Of a stretch of 64,000 bases of DNA, positions 1-11,247 are shown in pieces. The DNA is from Mobula hypostoma (Eukaryota): positions 96,720,001 to 96,784,000 of the forward strand of contig NC_086107.1 of NCBI RefSeq assembly GCF_963921235.1. Direction: 5' to 3'. The position numbers were made by a program, and so were the translations under genes. Under the pieces are notes generated by a model. That model was not told the DNA's origin and ran no database searches. It saw only the letters and a list, made by a program, of their open reading frames with translations. The first letter of the stretch is position 1. Each line of letters begins with the position of its first letter.

Positions 1-627
1 CTGCACAGGTTCTTCCCTCTCTGGCTGAAGAAATTCCTACCCATTTCTATTCGGAATGGACGTTCCTCTATTCTGAGTCTGTGCCCTCTTGTCTTAAACT
101 CTTTCACCATAGGAAACATCCTCTCTGCAACCACTCTTTTGAGGCCTTTCAATATTAGGTAGGTTTCAGTGAGATACCTCCCCCTCATTCTTCTGAATTT
201 CAGTGACAACAGGTTCAGAGCCCTCAAACTCTCCTCATTCACTCCCGGAATCATTTTCATGAACTTCCTTTGAACCCTTTCCAATGTCAGCACACCCTTT
301 CTTAGATAAAGGGCCCAAAACTGCTCAGCATACTTCAAGTGAGGCCTCACCAGTGCCTTATAAAGCTTCAGCATTACAACCTTGCTTTCTTATTATGGCT
401 GTACTTCCATTATGATGTCATAATGTTCATTCTTCTGACAGTCACAGTGAACGTTTTCTTCTTGGACAATCCACCAGTGCTTGAGTTCTTGTATCCCTGC
501 CATATGCAGTGCAACTCATTCACTTTTCCTTGTCTGAGTGAGAGAAAATGTTAACTTCTCGTCCCCTTGCAAAACTAGAACCCACATCCTTTGATAGAAA
601 TCAGTAATTAATCGACTAATAACTTAT

Positions 628-1070
628 ATGTTCTGTAATTGCCCCCCTTCTTCTTCACCATTCACTGTTCTTATTTCCCTCTCTCACCTTATCTTCTTAC
701 CTGCCCATCACCTCCCTCTGGTACTCCTCCCCCTTCCCTTTCTGCCATGGCCTTCTGTCATCTCCTATCAGATTCCCCCTTCTCCAGCCCTTTATCTCTT
801 TCACCAGTCAACTTCCCAGCTCTTCACTTCACCCCTCCCCTTCTCCCGGTTTCACCCATCACCTGCCACCTTGTACTTCTTCCTCCCCTCCCCCCACCTT
901 CTTACTCTGACCTCTCAACTCTTTGTTCCAGACCTGATGAAGGGTCTCAGCCCGAAACATCGATAGTTTACTCTTTTCCATAGATGCTGCCTGGCCTGCT
1001 GAGTTCCTCCAGCATTTTGTGTGTGTTGCTTGGATTTCCAGCCTCTGCAGATTTTCTCTTGTTTGTGAAA
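628..1070 (+). mobile_element. Penelope-like pseudo-LTR fragment with decayed hammerhead
   Basis: Same pyrimidine-rich 3' sequence; CTGATGAAGGGTCTCAGCCCGAAACATC at ~934-961. Confidence 0.75.
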
Positions 1071-1984
1071 TTGATCAGATATTCCCCACTGGAAGCCCAG
1101 CAGTCTGGGTCAGTCACACTGGTTTCTCTTGTCACTGGAATCCTTGCATTGTAAAGTGAGAGCATTACAACTCACCAGAAGACCTTACTTAGAACCAACT
1201 CATTTTTGCAAAGAATTTAAAAACTATTTCCTATCTATTCCTCAGGTAGATTCAGAAGTGAAACTTCTGGAAGTTTAAAGATAAATATTCCATTAGCCCA
1301 GTTAATTGGAAGGGTCATGCATTAGGAGAAATGATCAGCAGTAGGTGTTACAACTGGGTATTGACACCAAACTTCACAGCAGAAATGTGAAGTCCAAGGT
1401 CAGCTTTCAGTGACAGGTTACCCCAATTTCACTTTAAGTAAACACAACAAACTTTCTAATAATTATTGTAAACATGTTATTTGGATATCGGCATTGCTTA
1501 TTTGAAACCCATTTGAGAGAAAGAAGTGGAAAATTTCATTGGGCACTTTGAGGACTGGGTAATCTACCGCCATCTAGTGTCATTGGACTGTAATTACAGA
1601 GATATAAGAATCAAGTCTCATAATAAGACCATAAGACATAGGAGTACAATAGGAGATTCGACCCACTGAGTCTACTCTGCCATTGAATCATGGTTGATTT
1701 ACTATCCCTCTCAACCCCATTCTTTTGCCTTCTCCCTTTGATGCCCTTACTAATCAAGAACCTATTCTGCTTTAAATATTCCCAGTGATGTGGCCTCTAT
1801 AGCCGTCTGTGGCAATGAATTCCACAGATTCACCACCCTTTGACTAAGGAAATTCCTCCTCATCTCTGTTCTAAAGGGATGTTCCTCTGGTCCCAAACAC
1901 CTGCCCCCCGCCATAGGAAATATCCTTTCCACATCCACTCTATCTAGGATTTTAACTTATTTGTTAGGTTTCAATGAGATCAGA

Positions 1985-4410
1985 ATTCCGAATTTAGAAT
2001 TCAGAATCAGGTTTATTATCACCGGCATGTGACGTGAAATTTGTTAACTTAGCAGCAGCAGTTCGATGCAATGCATAATCTAGCAGAGAAAAAAATAATA
2101 AACAAAATAAAAATAATAAATAAAGAATCAATTACGTATATCGAATAGATTCAATAAAACATGCAAAAATAGAAATACTGTATATTAAAAAAATGAGGTA
2201 GTATCCAAAGATTCAAAGTCCATTTGGGAATCAGATGGCAGAGGGGAAGAAGCTGTTCCTGAATCACTGAGTGTGTGCCTTCAGGCTTCTGTACCTCCTT
2301 CCTGATGGTAACAGTGAGAAAAGGGCATGCCCTGGGTGCTGGAGATCCTTTGTATTGGATGCTGCCTTTCTGAGACACTGCTCCCCGAAGATGTCCTGGG
2401 TACTTTGTAGGCTAGTACCCAAGATGGAGCTGACAAGATTTACAACCTTCTGCAGCTTCTTTCAGTCCTGTGCAGCAGCCCCTCCATACCAGACAGTGAT
2501 GCAGCCTGTCAGGATGCTCTCCACAGTACAACTATAGAAATTTCTGGGTGTGTTTGTTGACATGCAAATCTCTTCAAACTCCTAATAAAGTATAGTCACT
2601 GTCTTGCCTTCTTTATAACTTCATCGATATGTTGGGACCAGGTTAGATCCTCAGAGATCTTGACACCCAGGAACTTGAAACTGCTCACTCTCTCCACGTC
2701 TGATCCCTCTATAAGGATTTGTGTGTGTTCCATCATCTTACCCTTCCTGAAGTCCACAATCAGCTTTTTCATCTTACTTTCGTTGAGTGCCAGGTTGTTG
2801 CTGTGGCACCATTCCACTAGTTGGCATATCTCACTCCTGTATGCCCTCTCGTCACCACCTGAGATTCTACCAACAATGGTTGTATCGTCAGCAAATTCAT
2901 AGATGGTATTTGAGCTATGCCTAGCCACACAGTCATGGATATAGAGAGTAGAGAGTGGGCAAAGCACACACCCCTGAGGTGCGCCAGTGTTGATCGTCAG
3001 CGAGGAGGATATGTTATCACCAATCTGCACAGTTAGGAAGTCGAAGATCCAATTGCAGAGGGAGGTACAGAGGCCCAGGTTCTGCAACTTCTCAATCAGG
3101 ATTGTGGGAATGATGGTATTAAATGCTGAGCTATAGTCGATGAACAGCATCCTGACGTAGGTGTTTGTGTTGTCCAGGTGGTCTAAAGCTGTGTGGAGAG
3201 CCATCGAGATTGCGTCTACCATTGACCTAAATGCAGCGGGTCCAGGTCCTTGCTGAGGCAGGAGTTCAGTCTAGTCATGACCAACCTCTCAAAGCGTTTC
3301 ATCACTATTGATGTGAGTGCTACTGGGCGATAGTCATTAAGGCAGCCCACATTATTCTCCTTAGCCACTGGTAGAATTGTTGCCTTTTTGAAGCAAGTGG
3401 GAACTTCCGCCCATAGTAGTGAGAGGTTGGAAATGTCCTTGAATACTCCCACTAGTTGGTTGGCACAGGTTTTCAGAGCCTTACCAGGTACTCCATTGGG
3501 ACCTTCCGCCTTGCAAGGGTTCACTCTCTTTAAAGATGGCCTAACATCAGTCTCTGAGACAGAGATCACAGGGTCATCAGGTGCAGCAGGGATCTTCACA
3601 GCTGTAGTTGTGTTCTCCCTTTCAAAGCATGCATAGAAGTCAGTAACAACTGCAGCAGACTCATCTAGATTCAAAGATGAATCCCTGAATACAGTCCAGT
3701 CCACCAATTCAAAGCAGTCCTGTAGGTGCTCCTGTGCTTCCCTGGTCCATACCTTCTTGGTCCTCACTACTGGTGCTACAGTCTTCAGTCTCTGCCTATA
3801 CTCAGGGAATAGAAGTACAGCTAGGTGATCAGACTTCCTGAACTGAGGGCGTGGAATAGCACAGTAGGCATTCTTGATGGTGGTGTAGCAATGGTCCAGT
3901 GTTGTTTCCTCTGGAATTGCAAGTGATCTGTTGATGGTAGTTGTTTAGTGATTTTTGCAGACTGGCTTGGTTTAAAATCTCCCAAAATGACGGTGAAGGC
4001 ATTAGGGTGCACTGTTTCATGCATGTTGATCCCATTACTCAGATCATCTAAAGCCCACTTAACATTGCCCTGAGGTGGAATGTAAACTGCTACCAAAATG
4101 ACCCCAGAGAACTCCCGTGGTAGGTAAAAAGGACGGCACTTTACTGCTGGATTTTCCAGGTCTGGTGAGCAGAAATGGGACAGCACTGATATATTTGTGC
4201 ACCAAGGAGAGCTGATCACAGGGCATACTCCTCCACCTCTGCTCTTGAGAGACTCTATAGATCTTTCCTGGAGGTGTATAGTAAACCCGCCAATCTGGGT
4301 CCGGTAGGGAAGAGGTTAACCAGGATTCCGTGAAACAAAGAACACACGTGGTCCTAGTGTCCCTCTGATTCAGCGCCCTAGCTCTGAGATCATCGATTTT
4401 ATTCGCAGAA
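1985..4410 (-). mobile_element. Degenerate Rex1/Babar-type LINE
   Basis: Fragmented EN/RT ORFs ([45 protein letters not shown]) and a short TCTGAA-type tail near 1985-2005. Confidence 0.85.
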
Positions 4411-6161
4411 GCAGGTGTAGGCTGTTTGGTCCCATGTGTCTGTACTATAATAAGATTTTTGCCTCAGCACCAATTTCCACAAGAGCCAGATACCCCTCAG
4501 TTCCCCTAATATTCCAGTGTCCACTGACACCTGTTGTGAAACTACCCAGAAATGTCCAAACCCCATTGGGCAGAGAATTACCAAGGTTCACCAACCTTCT
4601 TCTCACCTCTATCAGAACTGGCGCAGACGTCCTTGACCCACTGAGCTCCTTCTGCAGGTTACTCTTGCTCCAGATTCCAGAGTCTGAAGTCCCTTGCGTC
4701 CCACCAACTCCTCTCCACACCTCCATTCTGGCTCAGGTTCCCATCGCCCTTCACCCTTCCTCTATGGTTCCACCATCACCTCCCTTACTTCTCAGATTCC
4801 AGCCTTTGTGTCCCCACTTATCACCGTCTGCCGTCACCCTCCCCAAGTGCCTCCTGGCTTCACCAGCCTTCTTTTGTCTGCCCCCCCCCCACCTGCCTTG
4901 AATTAATTCAGACTTGGAATAGACAAGGCGACACAAACAAAATCCAAAGGTGAAGCCACAAACAGCAGTACGAGAAATGGAACTCCTACAATTGAGTCTT
5001 AAAGAGACAGCGACAGCTAACTGTACCCTGGGGAACTGGAGCACTTAAACTTGAATTCCTGCCACTGTCCAATCAGTTCCATGACAGTGCTAATCAATAT
5101 AAGGGAAGTTTGTCTCATATACAGATCACCCCCCCATGAAAAGATTGATCCCCAGGTTCCTATTAGATTAGATTATGAGGAGACGCAGTCCTCTTTTATT
5201 GTCATTTATTAACTCTCTGCCCTCTCAAATGAGGGGCGACCTTTTCAAGGATTATAAAGTCATGAGAGGACGGAAGAGAGACTGACAGGGATGGGAGGAG
5301 TGCTAGATTATGCTGGCTGCTCTCTTAAGGCAGCAGGAAGTGTAGAGGAGGGGAGTCGGCGGAGGGGAGATTGGTTTGTGTGATGGACTTTACAGTGCCT
5401 ACCACTTTCTGCAATTTCTTGTGGTCTTGGGCAGAGCAGTTGCCAAGCCTAACCGTGAGGCGTCTGAATAGACGGCTTTAGTAAAAGTTTCTGAGAATTA
5501 TCAGGGACATGCTGAATTTCCTTCGCCTTCCGAGGAAGTAAAGACCTAGGCATGCTTCCTTATCCACAGCATCCATGTTGCCCCACCAGGACAAATGGTC
5601 GGTGTTTCGGTCAAGATGGTGCCAAGCTACAGTCTCCGCTGCAGGCGTGGCTCATACATTGCTGTTTTTAGGCAGGTAGGGATTGTTTTGGGGACAGAGC
5701 ATGCAGTTACAGGTCGGGTTGAGGTTTAGGGACAGAAAAGTTGGGAGTTAAAAACCAGTTTGACGTCTGGGCCTCCGCATTCCACTCTTGAAGCCCAACA
5801 ATGATGTTGAGAAGGACCAGTGATGACAAGATCTGATCCCCCCCCAACCCCAGGTCAGTTGAGTCCGTAGGGGTATCAACAGTATTGAAAGTTTGTGTGG
5901 ATAGGAGGCACGAGGGCTGACGTCCTCCTTGACACATGAGTCTGGGAGTCTGGTGTTAGATGCCTGGAGTTTGCGGCGCTGTTACCGGCGAGTCTGGAGT
6001 TCGAGACCCGCCATCAGTGAGTCCTGGGGTCAATATCGAAGATCGAAGGCCGGTGGTCGATTCGAAGTCCAGAAGTTGAGCCCTGGGTCTGCAAGTCTGT
6101 GAGTCCAATGGAGCCTGGAGGCCCGGAGGCCCGGAGGCTGCCTGTCTGGGGGTTGGAGGAC

Positions 6162-6188
6162 TGTGTGTGTGTGTGTGTGTGTGTGTGT
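6162..6188. repeat. (GT)n microsatellite
   Basis: Direct dinucleotide run. Confidence 0.9.
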
Positions 6189-6364
6189 GGATGAGCCAGA
6201 CAAAAGGGGCGGGGTTTGCTGTTCTTCCGCTGAACATTGTGGGCATGATTTGTTGATGCTGGAATGCATGTGATACTTGTGGGCTGCTCCCAGCACATCC
6301 TTAGGTTGTTCTGATTGTTAATACAAACGTTGCATTTCACTGTTTACTTGGATGAATCTAAATC

Positions 6365-6700
6365 TTAATATTTACACCTTTGCAAACCGAAGCTCTCAAC
6401 CCATTTCCACCGTGACACCATTGGTACATACAGGGGTGTGAACCCCACCCCACATCCTGAAGTTAATAATCTGCTGACATTGAGGGAGAGGATCTTGACT
6501 TGACAACATGACATTGGGATCTTTATCTCCTTATTGTACTCTGACCCGTGGTTGTTTGAGATCCGAGCCCCCACCACGAAGTTGTCTTCAAACTTCTCTT
6601 TGAACCTTTGCTGAATTATAGCGATTTTTTGACGCAGTCCTCCAGGAAGCATCCCCGAACAGTTGCTCCACCGCAACAACAGCTTTGCACACGAACTATC
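6365..6700 (-). CDS. Unidentified exon-like ORF (~110 codons)
   Basis: Non-repetitive open frame ...WSNCSGMLPGGLRQKIAIIQQRFKEKFEDNFVVGARIS...KILSLNVSRLL...WKWVESFGLQ, with many G/C-ending codons. Family not recognised. Confidence 0.35.
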   Translation of the reverse strand, partial: DSSCAKLLLRWSNCSGMLPGGLRQKIAIIQQRFKEKFEDNFVVGARISNNHGSEYNKEIKIPMSCCQVKILSLNVSRLLTSGCGVGFTPLYVPMVSRWKWVESFGLQRCKY

Positions 6701-7108
6701 TCTGATTTGCAGTCACAACAACAGAAAGGGCTGGCAGCGTCGGCGGAGAGAGAAACCGATTGGATGTTTCAGGTCAAACATAGTAAGAACTGAAACACAA
6801 ACGGCGTCTTTTTCCGCAGATGCTGACTGACCCGTTGGGTGTTCCTTGTCACATTTCGAATATCTGCGCCGCCAGCAGCGGCAAATTGACTCGGCGGTTG
6901 GAAATGTAGGTACCCGCGGCCCGACCTTACGGCGGTTTGAGACGGGAGGGCCTGGCACTTCCTGCCACTTTTGAGTGAAGGTGTAAGATATTGATCTCTG
7001 AGCTGCAGAACAGCTTCACTATTTCCACTGTCGCGCAGCGCGACTCCGCCCGGAGCAAGAGCTCGGTTACTCTCACCATCTGAGTCGAAACCTTCGATTT
7101 TCACTTAC

Positions 7109-7159
7109 CTTTAAGTTTCGCAGCGCTAACTTCCGAAGCGGAACCCAGCCGGATCTCAT
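7109..7159 (-). CDS. Candidate first coding exon of an unidentified divergent gene
   Basis: gtaATG encodes MRSGWVPLRKLALRNLK, then a perfect AAG|GTAAGT donor. Basic, no acidic residues (resembles a mitochondrial presequence). It could instead be the 3' part of a longer exon starting near 7230. Confidence 0.45.
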
Positions 7160-7331
7160 TACCTCAGCACTGCCGGGCGACCGCCTATGGCTCGTCGCCA
7201 GGCTCACAAGGCAGCGTTGGTCCTCCTCTGACTGTTAGATGCGGTGGAAACGGTAAACAAAACCACAAACTGACACAGCCAGTGGTCAGAGGGCGAGTGT
7301 TTATCGATAAATCATTCAATATACGGGTGGC

Positions 7332-7374
7332 ATGAAGCTCCGGCTGACGTGGATCGTGCTGGTGTGGACCATTT
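7332..7374 (+). CDS. Leader (signal peptide) exon of VJ-C1-TM-ITIM Ig-superfamily receptor
   Basis: gtggcATG encodes MKLRLTWIVLVWTI, then a phase-1 GTGAGT donor at 7375. Joined to the next exon it gives MKLRLTWIVLVWTIYLPSSA|EILW, a typical split V-gene leader. Confidence 0.8.
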
Positions 7375-7936
7375 GTGAGTAGCCGAGCTTTTACCTGGCA
7401 AGAATGTAGGCGACCCTTCACCAGCCTCTGGACCACGCCCCCCCCCTTGGTTCCTAGACCCTGCCTTCCTTGTATCGACGCATCCACCTCACCACAATTC
7501 CTTGGATACAGACAACCCTTCACCCTTCTGGACCTCTGACCCCATCGCTGCATCTCGGATCCCGGCCCATGCGGATGGTTGGCCGGATCGATGCACTCGG
7601 CCACCCATTCCTTTGATTCCTCCCCCTCTCGCCAGTTCCACGCGCGCTCACCTCCAGCGACCCTTTGCACTGTGACAGCCCGTGGAACGACAGTACCGAC
7701 CCCTCGATTCTCCTCGTCCCTGCCTCCACTCACCTCTCCGCGGCTTGGCAGCGCTTCGATAAACTTGGCACGGTTGCATATCCGTGCCGTGGCACCGAAG
7801 CGGGAGTGGTCCAGAGGTCTTGGAACAAATCCTGAATGTCATGAACTTCTAACGCAGCTTGGCCAAATCCGCGGTGTCTGGGGTAGATTTTAGACTTTAC
7901 TGTTCACTGACAGATCTTTTTCTCGGTCGGATGCAG

Positions 7937-8275
7937 ATCTTCCTAGCTCTGCGGAAATATTATGGAGCTCCGCGCACGCCGGAGACGCGGTAACGGTGGA
8001 ATGCCGACTGCAGGAAACATCCGATCTACGGTACTGGTTTATGCAACGTCCCGGTCAAGGACCCACTACCATCCTTTTCCACCGCGCCTCCGGCGGCCCC
8101 GCCAGCTACTTTAACGGCTACGGCCATAATTTTACTCCCTCCTTTGACCGCAGAACCCACTGCTCCCGACTAAGGATTGCGAATATCAGTGTTTCGGACG
8201 CCGGGGTGTATTATTGCGCAGCCCGGACCGGGGGCGAGATGAAATTCGGTACTGGGACTGCGCTGGCCGTGACAG
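7937..8275 (+). CDS. Germline-joined VJ-type Ig V-set domain exon
   Basis: Branch-like CTGAC (7907-7911), pyrimidine tract and CAG acceptor (AG 7935-7936), phase 1. Cys (8002), WFMQRPGQGP, DAGVYYC (Cys 8215, 71 codons after the first Cys) and J motif FGTGTALAVT (8245). Phase-1 GTATGA donor at 8276. Confidence 0.92.
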
Positions 8276-9589
8276 GTATGAAAACAGCTCCCAACACCCC
8301 CCACCCACCCACCCCCGCCGTCCCAATCCCTGTTCCCAAAGCTGCTAGGGTCAGTACGGGAGAGAAGGGGAAACGGTATCAAAGCGTCCTGCTCGCCGGA
8401 ATTGTATCTGTAAGTTAAACTGGAGCGAGGCATTTACCAAAAGCAGGTCACCTAAGCTTCTCTCTCCGTTCGTACGGAATGATTTGCATTTACATAGTGC
8501 CTGTCACGGCCCTGGGGTGAAAGCGCTCCGTGGCCGATGTAGGGAAGTAACTGGAGACACTAGTGTGAGAAGTTTCCCGGCAGGAGAACAAATCCTTCAG
8601 AGCAGACCAGAACATCTCGTTGCTCTGAAATCAAGTTAAAATCAGTAGTTATTGTTTAAGCGCCAAGTTCACGTCTAGGAAAAGCAAAAACAAACTTCAG
8701 GTCGGATAGCGTCAGTGGAGAAAGAACACGAGTGAACTAGCAGTTCAGATGGATGATGCTCTAGAGGAGGTGCGTGTGAAGGTAGGAGATGGAGACTGGT
8801 AAGAAAGGGCTGTGTCATTCTCAATCTCCATCTCACTCTCACTCTTCCTAACAGGCAGTTTCTTTGGGCTAAACAATTTCAGAAAGCTAGCTAGGCACAC
8901 ACAAATTGCTGGAGGAACTCAGTAGGCCAGGCAGGACAGCCGAAGGGTCTCGGCCCGAAACGTCGACTGTACTCTTTCCTCAATGCCTCCTGGCCTGCTG
9001 AGATCCCCCAGCATTTTGTGTGTGTTGCTCGGATTTCCAGCAGCTGCAGATTTTCTCTTGTTTGTGATCAGAAAGCAAACCTTTCCAATTTGTGTTGGAA
9101 CTGATGTAGGAACACCAACTTATAATGTGGATCCAGTGTCTCTCTCCACAGTTGCTGCCTGACTTATTTGGGGTTTTCCAGCATTCTGTTTTATCTGCAA
9201 ATTCCAGCGACTGCAGGGTTTTGTATCTGTTCTCACCCTTGTCTTACTTATAGCCCCCAACAGATTCTTGTTCAGACAGATTAGCTACCACCTAAACCCT
9301 CCCCCAGCCAACACCAAACTGTGTCGCTCAGTTACTGGTGTTAGTTCCTGCCACTCTCACTCCCCTCTCCAACTTAAACACACACCTAAAGGCAATCGCT
9401 GGGGAGAAGACAGAATGTCCAGGTGGATGAGGTCTTCGATTATGCCTGCTGCTTTAGAGAGGCAGTAGGAAGTGTTGAGAGAGTTCACAGAGGGGAGCCC
9501 CATCATCGTATTACAGATCTTCCTACCAAAGCAAGCAACCCAGGCCCCTCTCACTGAAGTCCCTCATCTCAAGAACTATTCTTGTTAAT

Positions 9590-9935
9590 ATCTCTATCTC
9601 TCTCCATTTCTCTCTCTCTCTCTGTCTCTCTCTCTCCCTCCCTCTGTCTCCTCTCTCTCCCTCTGTCTCCTCTCTCTCCCTCTGTTTCCTCTCTCTTCCC
9701 CTCTCTCTCTCCCCCTCCTCTCTCTCCCCCTCTATCTCCCACCCTCCCACCCTCTCTCTCTCCATCGCTCTCTCTCCCCGTCTCCTCTCTCTCCCTCTAT
9801 TTCCTCTATCTCCCACCCTCTCTCTCTCCTTCTCTCTCCCTCTCTTTCTCTATTTCCCCTCTCTCCCTAGCTCCCTCCTCTCTCTCTCTCTCACACTCTC
9901 TCTCTCTGTCACTCTCTCCCCCTCCCCCCCACCAC
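9590..9935. repeat. (CT)n-rich polypyrimidine microsatellite
   Basis: ~350 bp almost purely C/T. Confidence 0.9.
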
Positions 9936-11247
9936 CTCCCTTGCTGTTTCTTGGAAATGAACGCTATACCACAGCTGAGGCTGAACAAGCATTTTATGAA
10001 AAGGTTCAGCATGACATCCTTGCTTTTCTACCACGGTGAGAAAGGATCACCTTTACCTTATCAACTGCCTTCCCGCTCTGCCCTGCCACTTTCAATGATC
10101 TGTGCATCCAAGGTCCCCACTCCATCAGCTCCTGCACTCCTTTCAGAACCAAGTTCTAGGTTCTCTCTCCTCCTTATCCTATACAAATTGGATCATTCTA
10201 CATTCCCCCATGTTAAAATTCATCTGCCAGTCTTCTGCCCATTCCACCAACCTGTTCATCTTCCACTGCATATGTGTCCTGTACAGACATGGAAGCTGTG
10301 GCTTGAAGCCCACTCTCTGAAGGCAAGATCATTGTATGGAATAAACAGGTGATCCCTGGGGCAGACCACCATTCACTTTCCTTTAATCAAAAATTAAATC
10401 CATTGCCACCGCCTGCTTTCCAGCCTTTCCTTGTTCTGACGGAAGATCAACCTGAAATGTTACCCTCATCAAAACCTGCTGAGCGATTTCTCAGGGTTTC
10501 TGTTTCTGCTCCCAGTCTGTGAAACTGCCTTGCAATTTCAACAGAAGTCGAAACTCACTTAACGTAGGCAGCTTTGAACCCCACACAAAGAAACTGTGCA
10601 GAAATACAGTAAATGTCCCTGTATTAAGTTTTGCAATGGAAGTTCTCACCTGCAATAAGCTTTCATAAGTTGGTAGTAACAAGCAAGCTACCTAGTCAGC
10701 TGGTGTTTGAGGGTTACATGTTGCATAGTGAAATATAATCATACAGTGAGAAATACCCCATGTAGTACATGGAGCTGCACCACAGACCCTTTTATTTCAG
10801 CTTTCCAGCTTCTTCACTTCCTGTAATGTATGTTTTTTCAGTACAATTACAGATGGTATAAATACAAAGTTCAAAGTAAAATTATAATCAAAGAGCATAT
10901 AATTTAGCACATACAGCGCTGATGGTTTGTTTTCTTGTGGGCATGCACAGTAAATCCAAGAAACACAATAAAGACTGCACGCAACAAGATAGACAAAACA
11001 GCCAATGTTCAAAAGACAACAAAACTGTACAAATGCAGAATAAAATAAACAAATAAGAAATAAATATCAAAAACATGAGATGAAGGGTTGTTAAAAGTGA
11101 GTCCACAGATTGTGGGAAAAGCCCAGATCTGAACCAGAGGGGATAACTTCACTCAACTTCACTCGCCCCATCATTGAATTGTTCCTACAACCAATGGACT
11201 CACTTTCAAGGACTCTTCATCTCATGTTCTCAATATTCATTACTTAG

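Larger units (their letters stand above)
6850..8600. promoter_or_regulatory. CpG island / candidate bidirectional promoter
   Basis: Visibly CpG-dense against a CpG-depleted background. Two divergent ATGs (7159 on -, 7332 on +) are each followed by a consensus splice donor. Confidence 0.7.

Noticed and set aside
8276-8418. Pro-rich read-through after the J motif as a CD8-like hinge
   Set aside because: It lies past a canonical phase-1 donor and is intronic. A C1 domain and ITIM tail also do not fit CD8.
8482-8489. Ig-type octamer ATTTGCAT in the intron after the VJ exon
   Set aside because: It sits in TTGCATTTACATAGTGCCT, which resembles a common L2/SINE tail, so a chance match is likely.
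9582-10352. 256-aa ORF
   Set aside because: Translation of a (CT)n tract plus a LINE remnant.
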